Part shown: one piece after another, positions 18,161-26,211 of the stretch
Layout: the number at the start of each line of letters is the position of its first letter
Numbering within the stretch: position 1 is the stretch's first letter
Origin: Acinetobacter wanghuae
GTDB lineage: Bacteria; Pseudomonadota; Gammaproteobacteria; Pseudomonadales; Moraxellaceae
Assembly: GCF_009557235.1 (NCBI RefSeq)
Contig: NZ_CP045650.1
Location: 330,001-362,000 of the forward strand
Length of the DNA: 32,000 bases
Reading direction: 5' to 3'
Made by a program: the position numbers and the translations under genes
The notes under the pieces: model-generated
The model's database searches: none
Seen by the model: the letters and a program-made list of their open reading frames with translations, nothing else
What the model was told of the DNA's origin: nothing

Positions 18161-19180
18161 ATGCTGAATCACGCTAAACCCAAAGTCACCATTGTTTTAG
18201 CCAACTTGGGCACGCCAGATGAGCCTACAGTGCCTGCGGTACGTCGCTTTTTGGAGCAATTTCTTTCTGATCAGCGGGTCATTGAGCTGCCGAAACCCTT
18301 GTGGCAAATCATTTTAAGATTGTTTGTTTTACCGTTTCGTCCGAAGCGTGTGGCGCATGCGTATGCACAAGTCTGGGGTAGTGACTCACCCATGCGTGAA
18401 ATTTTACTGCAGCAAGTTCAATCTGTTCAGACGCAGCTCACTTCGCAATATCCGCATTTAGAGCTGAATGTCGTGCCTGCCATGACCTATGGTAATCCGA
18501 ACATTCAACAAGTACTCAACCAGTTGTCTGAACAACCTGCCGATCATGTGATTTTATTGCCATTGTTCCCGCAGTATTCAGCGACCTCGACTGCTCCACT
18601 CTTCGATGCCATGTCAAAATGGGTGCTGAAACAGCGTAATTTGCCGGGTTTAACGTTTATTCGTGATTATTATCAGCATCCACTTTATATTCAGTCTTTG
18701 GCACAAAGTGTGCGTGATTATCAAGCCATTCATGGTCAGCCTGAAAAGTTATTGATGTCCTTCCATGGTATTCCGCAGCCTTATGCAGACAAAGGTGATC
18801 CTTATGCTGATCGTTGTCGCATCACAGGAAAACTAGTGGCAGAAGCCTTAGGTTTAACTGAAGATCAATACACGACAAGTTTCCAATCACGGTTTGGTAA
18901 GCAGGAATGGGTGAAACCGTACACTGAAGCCACTATTCGCGAATGGGCAGCAGAAGGGGTGAAATCGATTCAAGTCATGAGTCCTGCATTCTCAGCGGAT
19001 TGTTTGGAAACGCTTGAAGAATTAGCACTGCAAAATGCTGAGCTTTTTACATCGCTCGGTGGTGAACAGTACAGTTATATTCCGGCATTAAATACCCGTG
19101 ATGACCATTTAGAATTGCTCAATCATTTACTTCAAGCTAATCTTGATGCACTTACCAAAACATTGGCTCATTCTGCCTAA
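18161..19180 (+). CDS. hemH: Ferrochelatase
   Basis: 339 aa: [29 protein letters not shown], and other ferrochelatase-type segments. Confidence 0.95.
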   Translation: MLNHAKPKVTIVLANLGTPDEPTVPAVRRFLEQFLSDQRVIELPKPLWQIILRLFVLPFRPKRVAHAYAQVWGSDSPMREILLQQVQSVQTQLTSQYPHLELNVVPAMTYGNPNIQQVLNQLSEQPADHVILLPLFPQYSATSTAPLFDAMSKWVLKQRNLPGLTFIRDYYQHPLYIQSLAQSVRDYQAIHGQPEKLLMSFHGIPQPYADKGDPYADRCRITGKLVAEALGLTEDQYTTSFQSRFGKQEWVKPYTEATIREWAAEGVKSIQVMSPAFSADCLETLEELALQNAELFTSLGGEQYSYIPALNTRDDHLELLNHLLQANLDALTKTLAHSA

Positions 19181-19194
19181 GGGTTAAATCACTC

Positions 19195-19839
19195 ATGCTA
19201 CAAGTCAAAATTGTTCCTGTGACTGCTTTTCAGCAAAACTGTTCTATTTTATGGGATGACGACAGTAAAGATGCGATTTTGATTGATGCGGGTGGTGAAC
19301 CTGAAAAACTGCAAGCCGAAGTTGAAGCGCTTGGTTTAAATGTCAAAGCTTTGTGGCTGACCCATGGGCATTTGGATCATGCAGGCGCAGTGGGTGCATT
19401 GACTAAACTGTGGAACGTGCCAGTCATTGGTCCGCATAAAGAAGATGCATTTTGGTTGGACATGATTCAAGAAGCCTCTGCACGTTATGGTTTTCCTATT
19501 CCTGAAAAGGTTGAAGTAACCGAATGGCTTGAGGGTGGGGAAGTATTAAAGCTTGGCGATGAAGAATTTGAAGTGCGCTTTGCACCGGGACATACCCCAG
19601 GACATGTCATGTTCTATAACAAAAAATATGGTTTGTTGTGGACAGGCGATGTTTTGTTTAAAGGTTCGATTGGTCGTACCGATTTCCCGCGTGGAGATCA
19701 TCAACAACTGTTAGATTCGATTCAACGTGAATGCTTTAGCTTGCCTGATGAAACACAGTTTATTTCTGGTCACGGTCCTATCAGCACCATTGGTTTTGAG
19801 AAAAAGCATAATCCCTTTGTTGCGAGCAAAGCGGGCTAA
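19195..19839 (+). CDS. gloC: MBL-fold hydrolase, YcbL/GloC-type hydroxyacylglutathione hydrolase
   Basis: Collinear with E. coli YcbL from memory (IPVTAF.QNCS, THGHLDH.GA, PGHTPGH, GRTDFPRGDH, GHGP.ST.G.E...NPF). Confidence 0.85.
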   Translation: MLQVKIVPVTAFQQNCSILWDDDSKDAILIDAGGEPEKLQAEVEALGLNVKALWLTHGHLDHAGAVGALTKLWNVPVIGPHKEDAFWLDMIQEASARYGFPIPEKVEVTEWLEGGEVLKLGDEEFEVRFAPGHTPGHVMFYNKKYGLLWTGDVLFKGSIGRTDFPRGDHQQLLDSIQRECFSLPDETQFISGHGPISTIGFEKKHNPFVASKAG

Positions 19840-19855
19840 TCTTATTCAATGTATG

Positions 19856-19885
19856 AAAAAAGGAATCCATTCGGATTCCTTTTTT
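19856..19885. terminator. Bidirectional terminator (gloC / yacG)
   Basis: aaaaa-aggaatcc-attc-ggattcct-ttttt. Confidence 0.8.
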
Positions 19886-19899
19886 CATTGTGTTGACTA

Positions 19900-20094
19900 T
19901 TAATATTGGTCTTCTTCCGAACCGCCATCGGCTTGCGGTGCATCTTGGGTTGGAAGTTTAAATTCTTCATTCGCCCATGCGCCAAAGTCGAGCATTTTGC
20001 AGCGTTCTGAACAAAACGGACGAAAAGGATTATTTTCCCAAGTGGTCAGTTCAGCGCAACGTGGACAAGTGATGGTGGTCGACATTGACAGCAC
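19900..20094 (-). CDS. yacG: DNA gyrase inhibitor YacG (zinc ribbon)
   Basis: 64 aa: CPRC....W..NP.RPFCSERCK..D.G.W, the typical YacG pattern. Confidence 0.9.
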   Translation of the reverse strand: MLSMSTTITCPRCAELTTWENNPFRPFCSERCKMLDFGAWANEEFKLPTQDAPQADGGSEEDQY

Positions 20095-20132
20095 TCCAAC
20101 GAAAATTTAAGGATTCAATTAGGCAAATATAG

Positions 20133-20160
20133 CCGCACTTGTTAGACTTGTGCGGTTTTT
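20133..20160 (+). terminator. Terminator-like hairpin plus T5 on the plus strand in the yacG / trmB-like divergent spacer
   Basis: ccgcac-(11 nt)-gtgcgg-ttttt. No plus-strand gene ends here, so the function is unknown. Confidence 0.3.
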
Positions 20161-20178
20161 CATTAGTTTGATCTGATT

Positions 20179-20817
20179 ATGCCGATTCGTCAATTTCAAG
20201 CGCAGCGTATGCACGCCCCTCGTGATTTTAAAAGCATTGCTCCTGAACCGATTTGTGTTGAAATTGGAGCAGGTAAGGGTAAACACGCGTTGTTGTTTAG
20301 CCAAAATAACCCTGAGCAAAAATTAATTGCGGTTGAACGTACTCGCGAAAAATTTATCGCGATGCAAAAACAGCATGCGATTGAAGGTCAAACCAATTTA
20401 CAAACGGTACATGCTGATGCATTACCTTGGGTAGTACATGCCTTATATCCTGCCCAAGTCGAGCAGTTCTTTATTTTGTATCCGAATCCTGAGCCGCATA
20501 ATCCTGCGCAGCGTTGGGCAAATATGCCGTTCTTTGAGTTTTTATTGTCGCGTTTAAAAACGGGCGGCACGATTACTCTAGCCAGTAACATTCCTGAATA
20601 TATTGATGAAGCAGAACAACAAGTCAAAGATTTGTGGAATTTGCCTTATGTCAAAGAAGTCATTGCGCAAGATTCAGCACGCACGCATTTTGAAATTAAG
20701 TATTTAGAGCGTGGCGAATTGTGTCAACAGCTGATTATTCGCAAGCCTGAAGGTTATGCGACACGTTTTGATGATTTCCAGCCCTTGCAAGGTCAAAATA
20801 GTGTGGCTTCGGAATAA
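20179..20817 (+). CDS. Methyltransf_4 / TrmB-like SAM-dependent methyltransferase (non-canonical motif)
   Basis: A SAM-binding VEIGAGKGKHAL motif with TrmB-like spacing. Where canonical TrmB has FPDPW..K.RH.KRR, this protein has LYPNPEPHNPAQRWA. I therefore do not assign the trmB symbol. Confidence 0.65.
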   Translation: MPIRQFQAQRMHAPRDFKSIAPEPICVEIGAGKGKHALLFSQNNPEQKLIAVERTREKFIAMQKQHAIEGQTNLQTVHADALPWVVHALYPAQVEQFFILYPNPEPHNPAQRWANMPFFEFLLSRLKTGGTITLASNIPEYIDEAEQQVKDLWNLPYVKEVIAQDSARTHFEIKYLERGELCQQLIIRKPEGYATRFDDFQPLQGQNSVASE

Positions 20818-20820
20818 GTC

Positions 20821-22020
20821 ATGAGTAAACGAATCGCGATTGTCGGTGCAGGACCTGCGGGGTTAATGGCTGCAGAAGTCCTTAGTCAATTTGCCTATGA
20901 AGTGCATGTTTACGAGCAAAAACCTTCAGCTGCACGTAAGTTCTTAATGGCGGGTAAAACAGGCTTAAATATTTCGCATGCTGAGCCTATTGAGCAATTT
21001 GTACAGCGTTATGATCAAGTCGATTGGCTTGCGCCTTGGATTAAACAATGGGATGCCACTTGGGTTCAAAATTGGATGCAAGAGTTGGGCATTGAGCCGT
21101 ATATTGGATCATCGGGTCGTGTCTTTCCGACCGAAATGAAGGCAGCACCGTTGCTTCGCGCATGGCTCACACGCTTAGCAGCACAGGGCATTCAGTTTCA
21201 TTATCGTCATCAGGTTGAGCATTTAAGTACAAATCAACTGGTATTACGCGATCTTAAAAATAATACTGCCCGAACTGAAACGTTCGATGCCATTGTCTTG
21301 GCATGTGGTGCGGTATCGTGGTCAAAACTCGGTAGTGATGGCAAATGGCAGTCATGGCTTGATACCAATGAGATTGAACCGTTTCAAGCGAGCAATGCCG
21401 GTGTGGAATATCCATGGTCGACGTTTATGCAGCCTGTGTTTGGTCAACCGCTTAAACGTGTAGATGCGTGGGTTGAGGGCGGCGAGAAAACCATGGGTGA
21501 TATCGTGATTAGTCATTATGGTCTTGAAAGTGGTTTGATTTATAAACAAGGGCGTGGCTTACGTGAGCAAGTGAAACGTGCTCAGCCAATGCGGTTGTTT
21601 TTAGATTTATTTCCAGATCAAACCGTTGAACAACTTGCGAAAAAACTGCAACCCAGTAAAAAGCAGTCACTCAGCAATGTCTGGCGTAAAGCCGGTTTAG
21701 ATGGCGCGAAAGCCGCGCTCATTCGTGAATTGGTGGCAAAGTCCATATGGCAACAACCACAAGCTTTAGCAGCACGCGCGAAAGCCCTATGTTTAAACCT
21801 GACAGGCTTTCGCCCAATTGAAGAAGCGATTAGCTGTGCCGGTGGTGTAAAACAAATGGCGCTCAGCACGCAACTACAATTAAAGACCAATCCCTATGTG
21901 TTTATGTGTGGGGAAATGCTCGATTGGGATGCGCCCACTGGTGGCTATTTACTAACGGCTTGTTTTGCTACAGGACGTGCAGCAGGCCAAGGTGTACACG
22001 ATTATTTAAAGCAAAAATAA
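20821..22020 (+). CDS. HI0933-like / TIGR03862-type NAD(FAD)-utilising flavoprotein
   Basis: IAIVGAGPAGLMAA dinucleotide fold, 399 aa, and the C-terminal GEMLDWDAPTGGYLL..A...G segment typical of the HI0933/YhiN family. It starts 3 nt after the preceding methyltransferase. Confidence 0.85.
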   Translation: MSKRIAIVGAGPAGLMAAEVLSQFAYEVHVYEQKPSAARKFLMAGKTGLNISHAEPIEQFVQRYDQVDWLAPWIKQWDATWVQNWMQELGIEPYIGSSGRVFPTEMKAAPLLRAWLTRLAAQGIQFHYRHQVEHLSTNQLVLRDLKNNTARTETFDAIVLACGAVSWSKLGSDGKWQSWLDTNEIEPFQASNAGVEYPWSTFMQPVFGQPLKRVDAWVEGGEKTMGDIVISHYGLESGLIYKQGRGLREQVKRAQPMRLFLDLFPDQTVEQLAKKLQPSKKQSLSNVWRKAGLDGAKAALIRELVAKSIWQQPQALAARAKALCLNLTGFRPIEEAISCAGGVKQMALSTQLQLKTNPYVFMCGEMLDWDAPTGGYLLTACFATGRAAGQGVHDYLKQK

Positions 22021-22033
22021 GATTTTTATATTC

Positions 22034-22060
22034 CTTAGATTCTCAAATGAAGTGCAACAG
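22034..22060 (+). repeat. IS30-family element left inverted repeat
   Basis: cttagattctcaaatgaagtgcaacag, aligned by hand against the reverse complement of 23055-23081. Confidence 0.8.
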
Positions 22061-22132
22061 AGATTAAATTATTGGAAAGAAGCAAGATGAGCTAGCATTT
22101 TGCTTCCGACCGACCAAAGTCAAAGTTGCATC

Positions 22133-23080
22133 ATGAACTATACCCATCTTACTCAAGAAGAAAGATATCAGATTTTTACATTGTTACGTGAAGGATTTTC
22201 TAAACGTTATATTGCTTGGAGACTGAATCGTTCACCTTCTACTATTTCTAGAGAAATCAATCGTAATCGAGCTAGAAATGGTTATTTCGCTAAGCATGCC
22301 AGTAAACTCGCTCGAAGACGCCATTGCTCCAATCCTAAAAGAATCCCTGATGAAATATGGGCACATGTCATCTTTTATCTTGAACTTCAATGGAGTCCTG
22401 AACAGATTGCATCTCGTGTTTCAGTTAGCCTGCATTCAATTTATCGCTTAATACGACAGGATAAGAATAAGGGCGGTACTCTCTTTCATCATCTACGTTT
22501 CAGAAATCAAAGAAAGAGGAAATATGGCTCTCCTGAAACTCGTGGTCAGCTGGCTAATCGTAAAAGCATTCATGATAGACCGATTGAGATTGAACAGCGT
22601 CATCGTTTTGGTGATCTAGATATAGATACGATTGTGGGTAAAAATCATCAGCAATCATTGGTCTCAATTGTCGATCGCAAGACAGGTTATTTGTGGTTGA
22701 AGAAGTGTAGCTCACGCAAAGCAGAAGAAGTTTGCCAAACAACGATCAGTTTACTTGAGCCAATTAAGCATCAACTCAAAACAATTACCGCAGATAATGG
22801 TAAGGAATTTAGTCTGCATGAATATGCTGCTCAAGCATTAGAAATAGATTGGTATTTCGCAGATCCTTATAGCGCTTGGCAACGAGGTACGAATGAAAAT
22901 ACCAACGGCTTAGTCAGACAATACATTAGAAAAGGAAGTGACTTAAATCAGTATACCGATGAATATATCTCAGAAATAACAGACCGTATCAATCATCGTC
23001 CAAGAAAAAGACTCGGCTTTAAAAGTCCGAGTCAGGTATTATGGCAACAACATGGTGTTGCAATTCAAATGCTAATCTAA
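22133..23080 (+). CDS. IS30-family DDE transposase
   Basis: N-terminal HTH (LTQEERYQIFTLLREG.S.R.IA..L.RSPSTISREI.RN) and a DDE triad context (DLDIDTI, ITADNGKEF, WQRGTNENTNGLVRQY). The stop codon TAA sits inside the IRR, 1 nt from the element end. The ORF track uses an upstream TTG at 22100. Confidence 0.92.
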   Translation: MNYTHLTQEERYQIFTLLREGFSKRYIAWRLNRSPSTISREINRNRARNGYFAKHASKLARRRHCSNPKRIPDEIWAHVIFYLELQWSPEQIASRVSVSLHSIYRLIRQDKNKGGTLFHHLRFRNQRKRKYGSPETRGQLANRKSIHDRPIEIEQRHRFGDLDIDTIVGKNHQQSLVSIVDRKTGYLWLKKCSSRKAEEVCQTTISLLEPIKHQLKTITADNGKEFSLHEYAAQALEIDWYFADPYSAWQRGTNENTNGLVRQYIRKGSDLNQYTDEYISEITDRINHRPRKRLGFKSPSQVLWQQHGVAIQMLI

Positions 23081-23081
23081 G
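23055..23081 (-). repeat. IS30-family element right inverted repeat
   Basis: The reverse complement cttagattagcatttgaattgcaacac pairs with the IRL. Confidence 0.8.
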
Positions 23082-23086
23082 TTCAT

Positions 23087-23114
23087 AAAAAAGGGCGCTA
23101 AAGCGTCCTTTTTT
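23087..23114. terminator. Bidirectional terminator (originally flavoprotein operon / lipoprotein gene), now separated from the flavoprotein gene by the IS
   Basis: aaaaaa-gggcgc-taaa-gcgtcc-tttttt. Confidence 0.75.
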
Positions 23115-23130
23115 ACTGATGAGAACATGA

Positions 23131-23682
23131 TTATTTGGCTTTAGGATATTCTGTGCGCCAATGCTCTAACTGTTCTTGCGCCTGCAAATACTGTGCTAAA
23201 CCTTTCATGCTTTGACTGGCTTGGCTTTTCTTATCCATTTGCGTTTGATCCTTCGCTAAAAGCTGTTGTTGCTGTTCCCAATAATGATAATACAGCCCTT
23301 GAATATAACGACCTTGCTCAGTTTTGAGTTCAAGATCTTTCAGCATATTTAAAGCCGATAACGTCAGATCTTTTTGGCGTTGCAGGACAAAGGCATCATC
23401 GAGTTCGCCGTCTTGTTGGAGTTTAACCAATTCGTTTTCAAGCTCGCTGCTCATCATTTCAAAACGATCTTCATAATCACTCAGCACATTAATGTCATGA
23501 GTATCGTTTGCTGTTTTCGCAAATTCACGAATACCTTCGCCTTTGAGTTCTTTCATGATCTGTTCGGCAGCGGCATTGTCTTGACTCGGTTTGCTTTCGG
23601 TCGGGACTTTTTGGTCACATGCCATTAGTCCTGAAACCAGTGCAACCAGTAAACCACGTTTAAAATATTCAGGTGTGTGCAT
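23131..23682 (-). CDS. Hypothetical lipoprotein, largely coiled-coil/helical
   Basis: Signal peptide with lipobox (KRGLLVALVSGLMAC) and a Q/E/L-rich mature part. It begins 3 nt after the methyltransferase stop. Confidence 0.7.
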   Translation of the reverse strand: MHTPEYFKRGLLVALVSGLMACDQKVPTESKPSQDNAAAEQIMKELKGEGIREFAKTANDTHDINVLSDYEDRFEMMSSELENELVKLQQDGELDDAFVLQRQKDLTLSALNMLKDLELKTEQGRYIQGLYYHYWEQQQQLLAKDQTQMDKKSQASQSMKGLAQYLQAQEQLEHWRTEYPKAK

Positions 23683-23685
23683 GTG

Positions 23686-24483
23686 TCAGTCCATTGTGTG
23701 AGAAAGATGATTCATCTTAGCAAAGATATAGACATGTGTCTGATAGGGGAAATCAATCAAATCTTGCGGTGTTTTTGCTGTGTAATTTTGCACAATAGCT
23801 TCGAATCGTTGTTTCAATTCTTGTTGCTTTGAGGTGGACATTTTAGCGATAAAACTGGTCGAAAGGAGTCGCTTGGCAACCACATTTTCAACTGTGCCTG
23901 AATGGACAAAGGGCATGATCGTTTCATGTGTGAGTGTGAACACATCTTGGCCATCAAAAGCTTTACGCCATAACCCAGTATGGTAGCGTGGAGTATCACC
24001 TTCAAAGGGTGCAATTTCATTCGCCAACGCCTTGACCCAATCAATATTAGTATCGCGTTGATTCCAAATAAGAACCAAACAGCCGTCGGGTTTGAGCACA
24101 CGATCAATTTCTTGCAAACTGTTGATATTGGCAAACCAATGAAAAGACTGCGCGCAAAAAACGGCATCAACGCTTTCATTTGCCAGACTCAGATGATCAC
24201 TACTGCCTTGTACGGCTTCTATATCGGGATGGGCAAATTTAAGTTGAGCTAACATTTCAGCGATTGGATCTACTGCAATGATATGATGGCTCAGCTGTTT
24301 TAAATAGGGCAGGAATTTTCCTGTTCCTGTGCCCAAATCAAGCAGATGCGCTTTGGGGCTTAAATTTAGCCGCGATTTTAAATATGCCACAATCTGCTCA
24401 GGATAATTCGGTCGAACACATTGATAGAGTTCAGCCGATGCGCTAAATCCCTGTTTTGCAGACGGATGGATGGAATGTGTCAT
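23686..24483 (-). CDS. Class I SAM-dependent methyltransferase (Methyltransf_11 type)
   Basis: Motif I LLDLGTGTGKF, an acidic residue after beta-2 (IIAVDP), and motif post-II DAVFCAQSFHWF. Confidence 0.88.
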   Translation of the reverse strand: MTHSIHPSAKQGFSASAELYQCVRPNYPEQIVAYLKSRLNLSPKAHLLDLGTGTGKFLPYLKQLSHHIIAVDPIAEMLAQLKFAHPDIEAVQGSSDHLSLANESVDAVFCAQSFHWFANINSLQEIDRVLKPDGCLVLIWNQRDTNIDWVKALANEIAPFEGDTPRYHTGLWRKAFDGQDVFTLTHETIMPFVHSGTVENVVAKRLLSTSFIAKMSTSKQQELKQRFEAIVQNYTAKTPQDLIDFPYQTHVYIFAKMNHLSHTMD

Positions 24484-24592
24484 ATTTTATGCTGTTTAAA
24501 ATTTTTCTAAACTATAAAATAGCACATCTTAATTTGCATGCTTGACTCACAAAATTGTTGTGAAAGGGTTGATTCACAAACACGGGTATATT

Positions 24593-25864
24593 ATGGACAA
24601 ACACATTGTTTTTGAAGATGAACATATACGTGCAATTTTTTTGCCGGGATCATCTTCAGCGCTTATTTTCTCTTTTGGCGATTTAATTACCCGTGCGAAA
24701 GGTCTGAATATTAATGCAGAGAAGTCACTACAAAAGTTTGACTTTAATGTGTTGGGGATTATGCCCAAGCAAAAATCATGGTTTCCGCAAGGTTCCATGT
24801 GGAACATGTTAGCTGCTGTCCGTGATTTGATTGCACCATTTAAAGCGCGTATTGCCTATGGTGGTTCGATGGGTGGCTATGCTGCTATTAAATACTCCAA
24901 TGCGCTTGATGTGCAACGTGTGGTGGCGATGGTGCCGCAGTATTCCATTGACCCGAATGACGTATATGACGCGCGTTACAATATGTTCTATCAAGCAGAG
25001 CATAATACACAGATGCGTATTACCGCAGAGGATGTGAGTGCTGCACGTGAATATATTATTGTCTATGATCCGCATTATGCGGAAGACCATGCGCATTATG
25101 TGCAGTTAAAACAGGTCTTACCTGAACATCATGTGTTGAATTTACCCTTTACCGGACATGATGCTATTGCTGTATTGGCAAGTTCGGAGTTGGTAAATGA
25201 CTTTTTAACCCACGAATTTGACGCAACTTATTTCTACCAAAAAATGCGTCGAGTCAAAAAGAACAGTAAGTTTTACTATCGCAAAGTGATTGAAAATTTA
25301 TTGCCAAGACATCGCGGAGCATTGGCAAAAATTTTAAAGCACAATGATCTCTCACTCGATGCACAGTTTTTTGATGCGAACCAAAAGCAGTTGATTTTGC
25401 GTGAGCTAATGCGTAATAAACAAGTCGATCAACATGATTTGATGAAACTGGGTATTCAGGTCAATTTACCGCAAGAAAATCGTCAATTACTTCTTGATGC
25501 GCACGGGCATGGACTGGTCTTTAATGTGATTAGTCAAAAGCTTGAAAGTTATGCCGATGGTGCAATTGCGCTCAATCATAAATTTCTAATTCCCATTTAT
25601 GCCAAAGGCAATGGCTTGCTGAATATTATGCTGAATGACGAGCGCTATTTAGTGGTCATGAATGATCGACATATCATGAAACTCATGAAAGAACAGGACG
25701 CGCTGTCTGTGGGAATGCATCCGATTTTAGTGAAACGCTATGAGCAGCACTATATGTTTAGTTATAAACAATTGAACTTAACAACGGATGAATTTGGCGG
25801 TGCTCGTTTTGTCGAGACGAGTGACAAAAATTCGCACTTTGTGACGCGGACTGAACTTAATTAA
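24593..25864 (+). CDS. Hypothetical two-domain protein: N-terminal alpha/beta-hydrolase-like domain plus an uncharacterised C-terminal domain of about 200 aa
   Basis: Nucleophile-elbow-like GGSMGGYAA preceded by a beta-strand LIFSFGD, with candidate acid/His residues (VYDPHYAED, FTGHDA). I recognise nothing in the C-terminal half. The ORF track starts at an upstream TTG (24542); the first ATG is at 24593. Confidence 0.65.
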   Translation: MDKHIVFEDEHIRAIFLPGSSSALIFSFGDLITRAKGLNINAEKSLQKFDFNVLGIMPKQKSWFPQGSMWNMLAAVRDLIAPFKARIAYGGSMGGYAAIKYSNALDVQRVVAMVPQYSIDPNDVYDARYNMFYQAEHNTQMRITAEDVSAAREYIIVYDPHYAEDHAHYVQLKQVLPEHHVLNLPFTGHDAIAVLASSELVNDFLTHEFDATYFYQKMRRVKKNSKFYYRKVIENLLPRHRGALAKILKHNDLSLDAQFFDANQKQLILRELMRNKQVDQHDLMKLGIQVNLPQENRQLLLDAHGHGLVFNVISQKLESYADGAIALNHKFLIPIYAKGNGLLNIMLNDERYLVVMNDRHIMKLMKEQDALSVGMHPILVKRYEQHYMFSYKQLNLTTDEFGGARFVETSDKNSHFVTRTELN

Positions 25865-25891
25865 CGATAAATATATCTAAAAAACAATAGC

Positions 25892-25919
25892 TTGACATAT
25901 ATCCTTGCTGGCATAAGAT
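25892..25919 (+). promoter_or_regulatory. Candidate sigma70 promoter for the small membrane ORF / dehydrogenase unit
   Basis: TTGACA (25892-25897), a 16-nt spacer, then TAAGAT (25914-25919), 66 nt upstream of the ATG at 25986. Confidence 0.35.
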
Positions 25920-25985
25920 GGACTTAACGGTATAAATTTCAATCATATCGTAGTTCATGGCTTTGCGAGTGAGGAGATATGTTTT

Positions 25986-26186
25986 ATGCAAGTTACACAG
26001 ATACAGATGATGACCGCATGTCTGATGCTGAGTCTAGCAATACCGACGATGGCACATGCAGAAAGTACGGATCCCGTCGTGATTTTCTTAAGTGCATCTA
26101 TTATTTTTTTAATGTTCTTAACAGTCTATGTCGTCTATAAAATTCGACGTTCACTCAGTAATGATTTAGATAAACCTGTCGATTAG
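25986..26186 (+). CDS. Hypothetical small exported/membrane protein (signal peptide plus one TM)
   Basis: SD GAGGAG 9 nt upstream. A signal-like N-terminus ends AHA/ES, followed by the TM segment VVIFLSASIIFLMFLTVYVVY and then KIRR. Confidence 0.5.
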   Translation: MQVTQIQMMTACLMLSLAIPTMAHAESTDPVVIFLSASIIFLMFLTVYVVYKIRRSLSNDLDKPVD

Positions 26187-26211
26187 TGTTTCCTGCATGA
26201 TTTAATCAAAA

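Larger units (their letters stand above)
22034..23081 (+). mobile_element. Intact IS30-family insertion sequence (1048 bp) flanked by a 3-bp TTC target-site duplication
   Basis: The imperfect terminal IRs match at 21 of the first 26 positions (first 8 identical, cttagatt). There is a single DDE transposase ORF. TTC occurs at 22031-22033 and again at 23082-23084. Confidence 0.88.

Noticed and set aside
20119-20319. 66-aa minus-strand ORF overlapping the TrmB-like gene start
   Set aside because: It is antisense to the methyltransferase 5-prime end, Arg/Leu-rich, and has no SD.
22034-23081. Naming the insertion sequence ISAba125
   Set aside because: Only the inner IR core resembles my recollection of the ISAba125 end. 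The outer termini and the length (1048 bp) differ, and I cannot run ISfinder, so only the family-level call is kept.
23055-23084. An outward-facing or circle-junction promoter formed by the IS30-family ends (TTGCAA in the IRR plus TAGATT in the IRL)
   Set aside because: The hand-measured spacing across a joined IRR-IRL junction would be about 22-23 nt, too long for a sigma70 promoter. The downstream chromosomal gene is also convergent, so no activation scenario applies.
23814-24179. 121-aa same-strand alternate-frame ORF inside the methyltransferase gene
   Set aside because: The methyltransferase frame carries the recognisable SAM motifs. The alternate frame has no start context or recognisable features.
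25979-26140. Alternative 53-aa acidic ORF starting at the first ATG after the GAGGAG SD
   Set aside because: The spacing between the SD and this ATG is only 2 nt. The ATG at 25986 has 9-nt spacing and yields a coherent signal-peptide plus TM protein.
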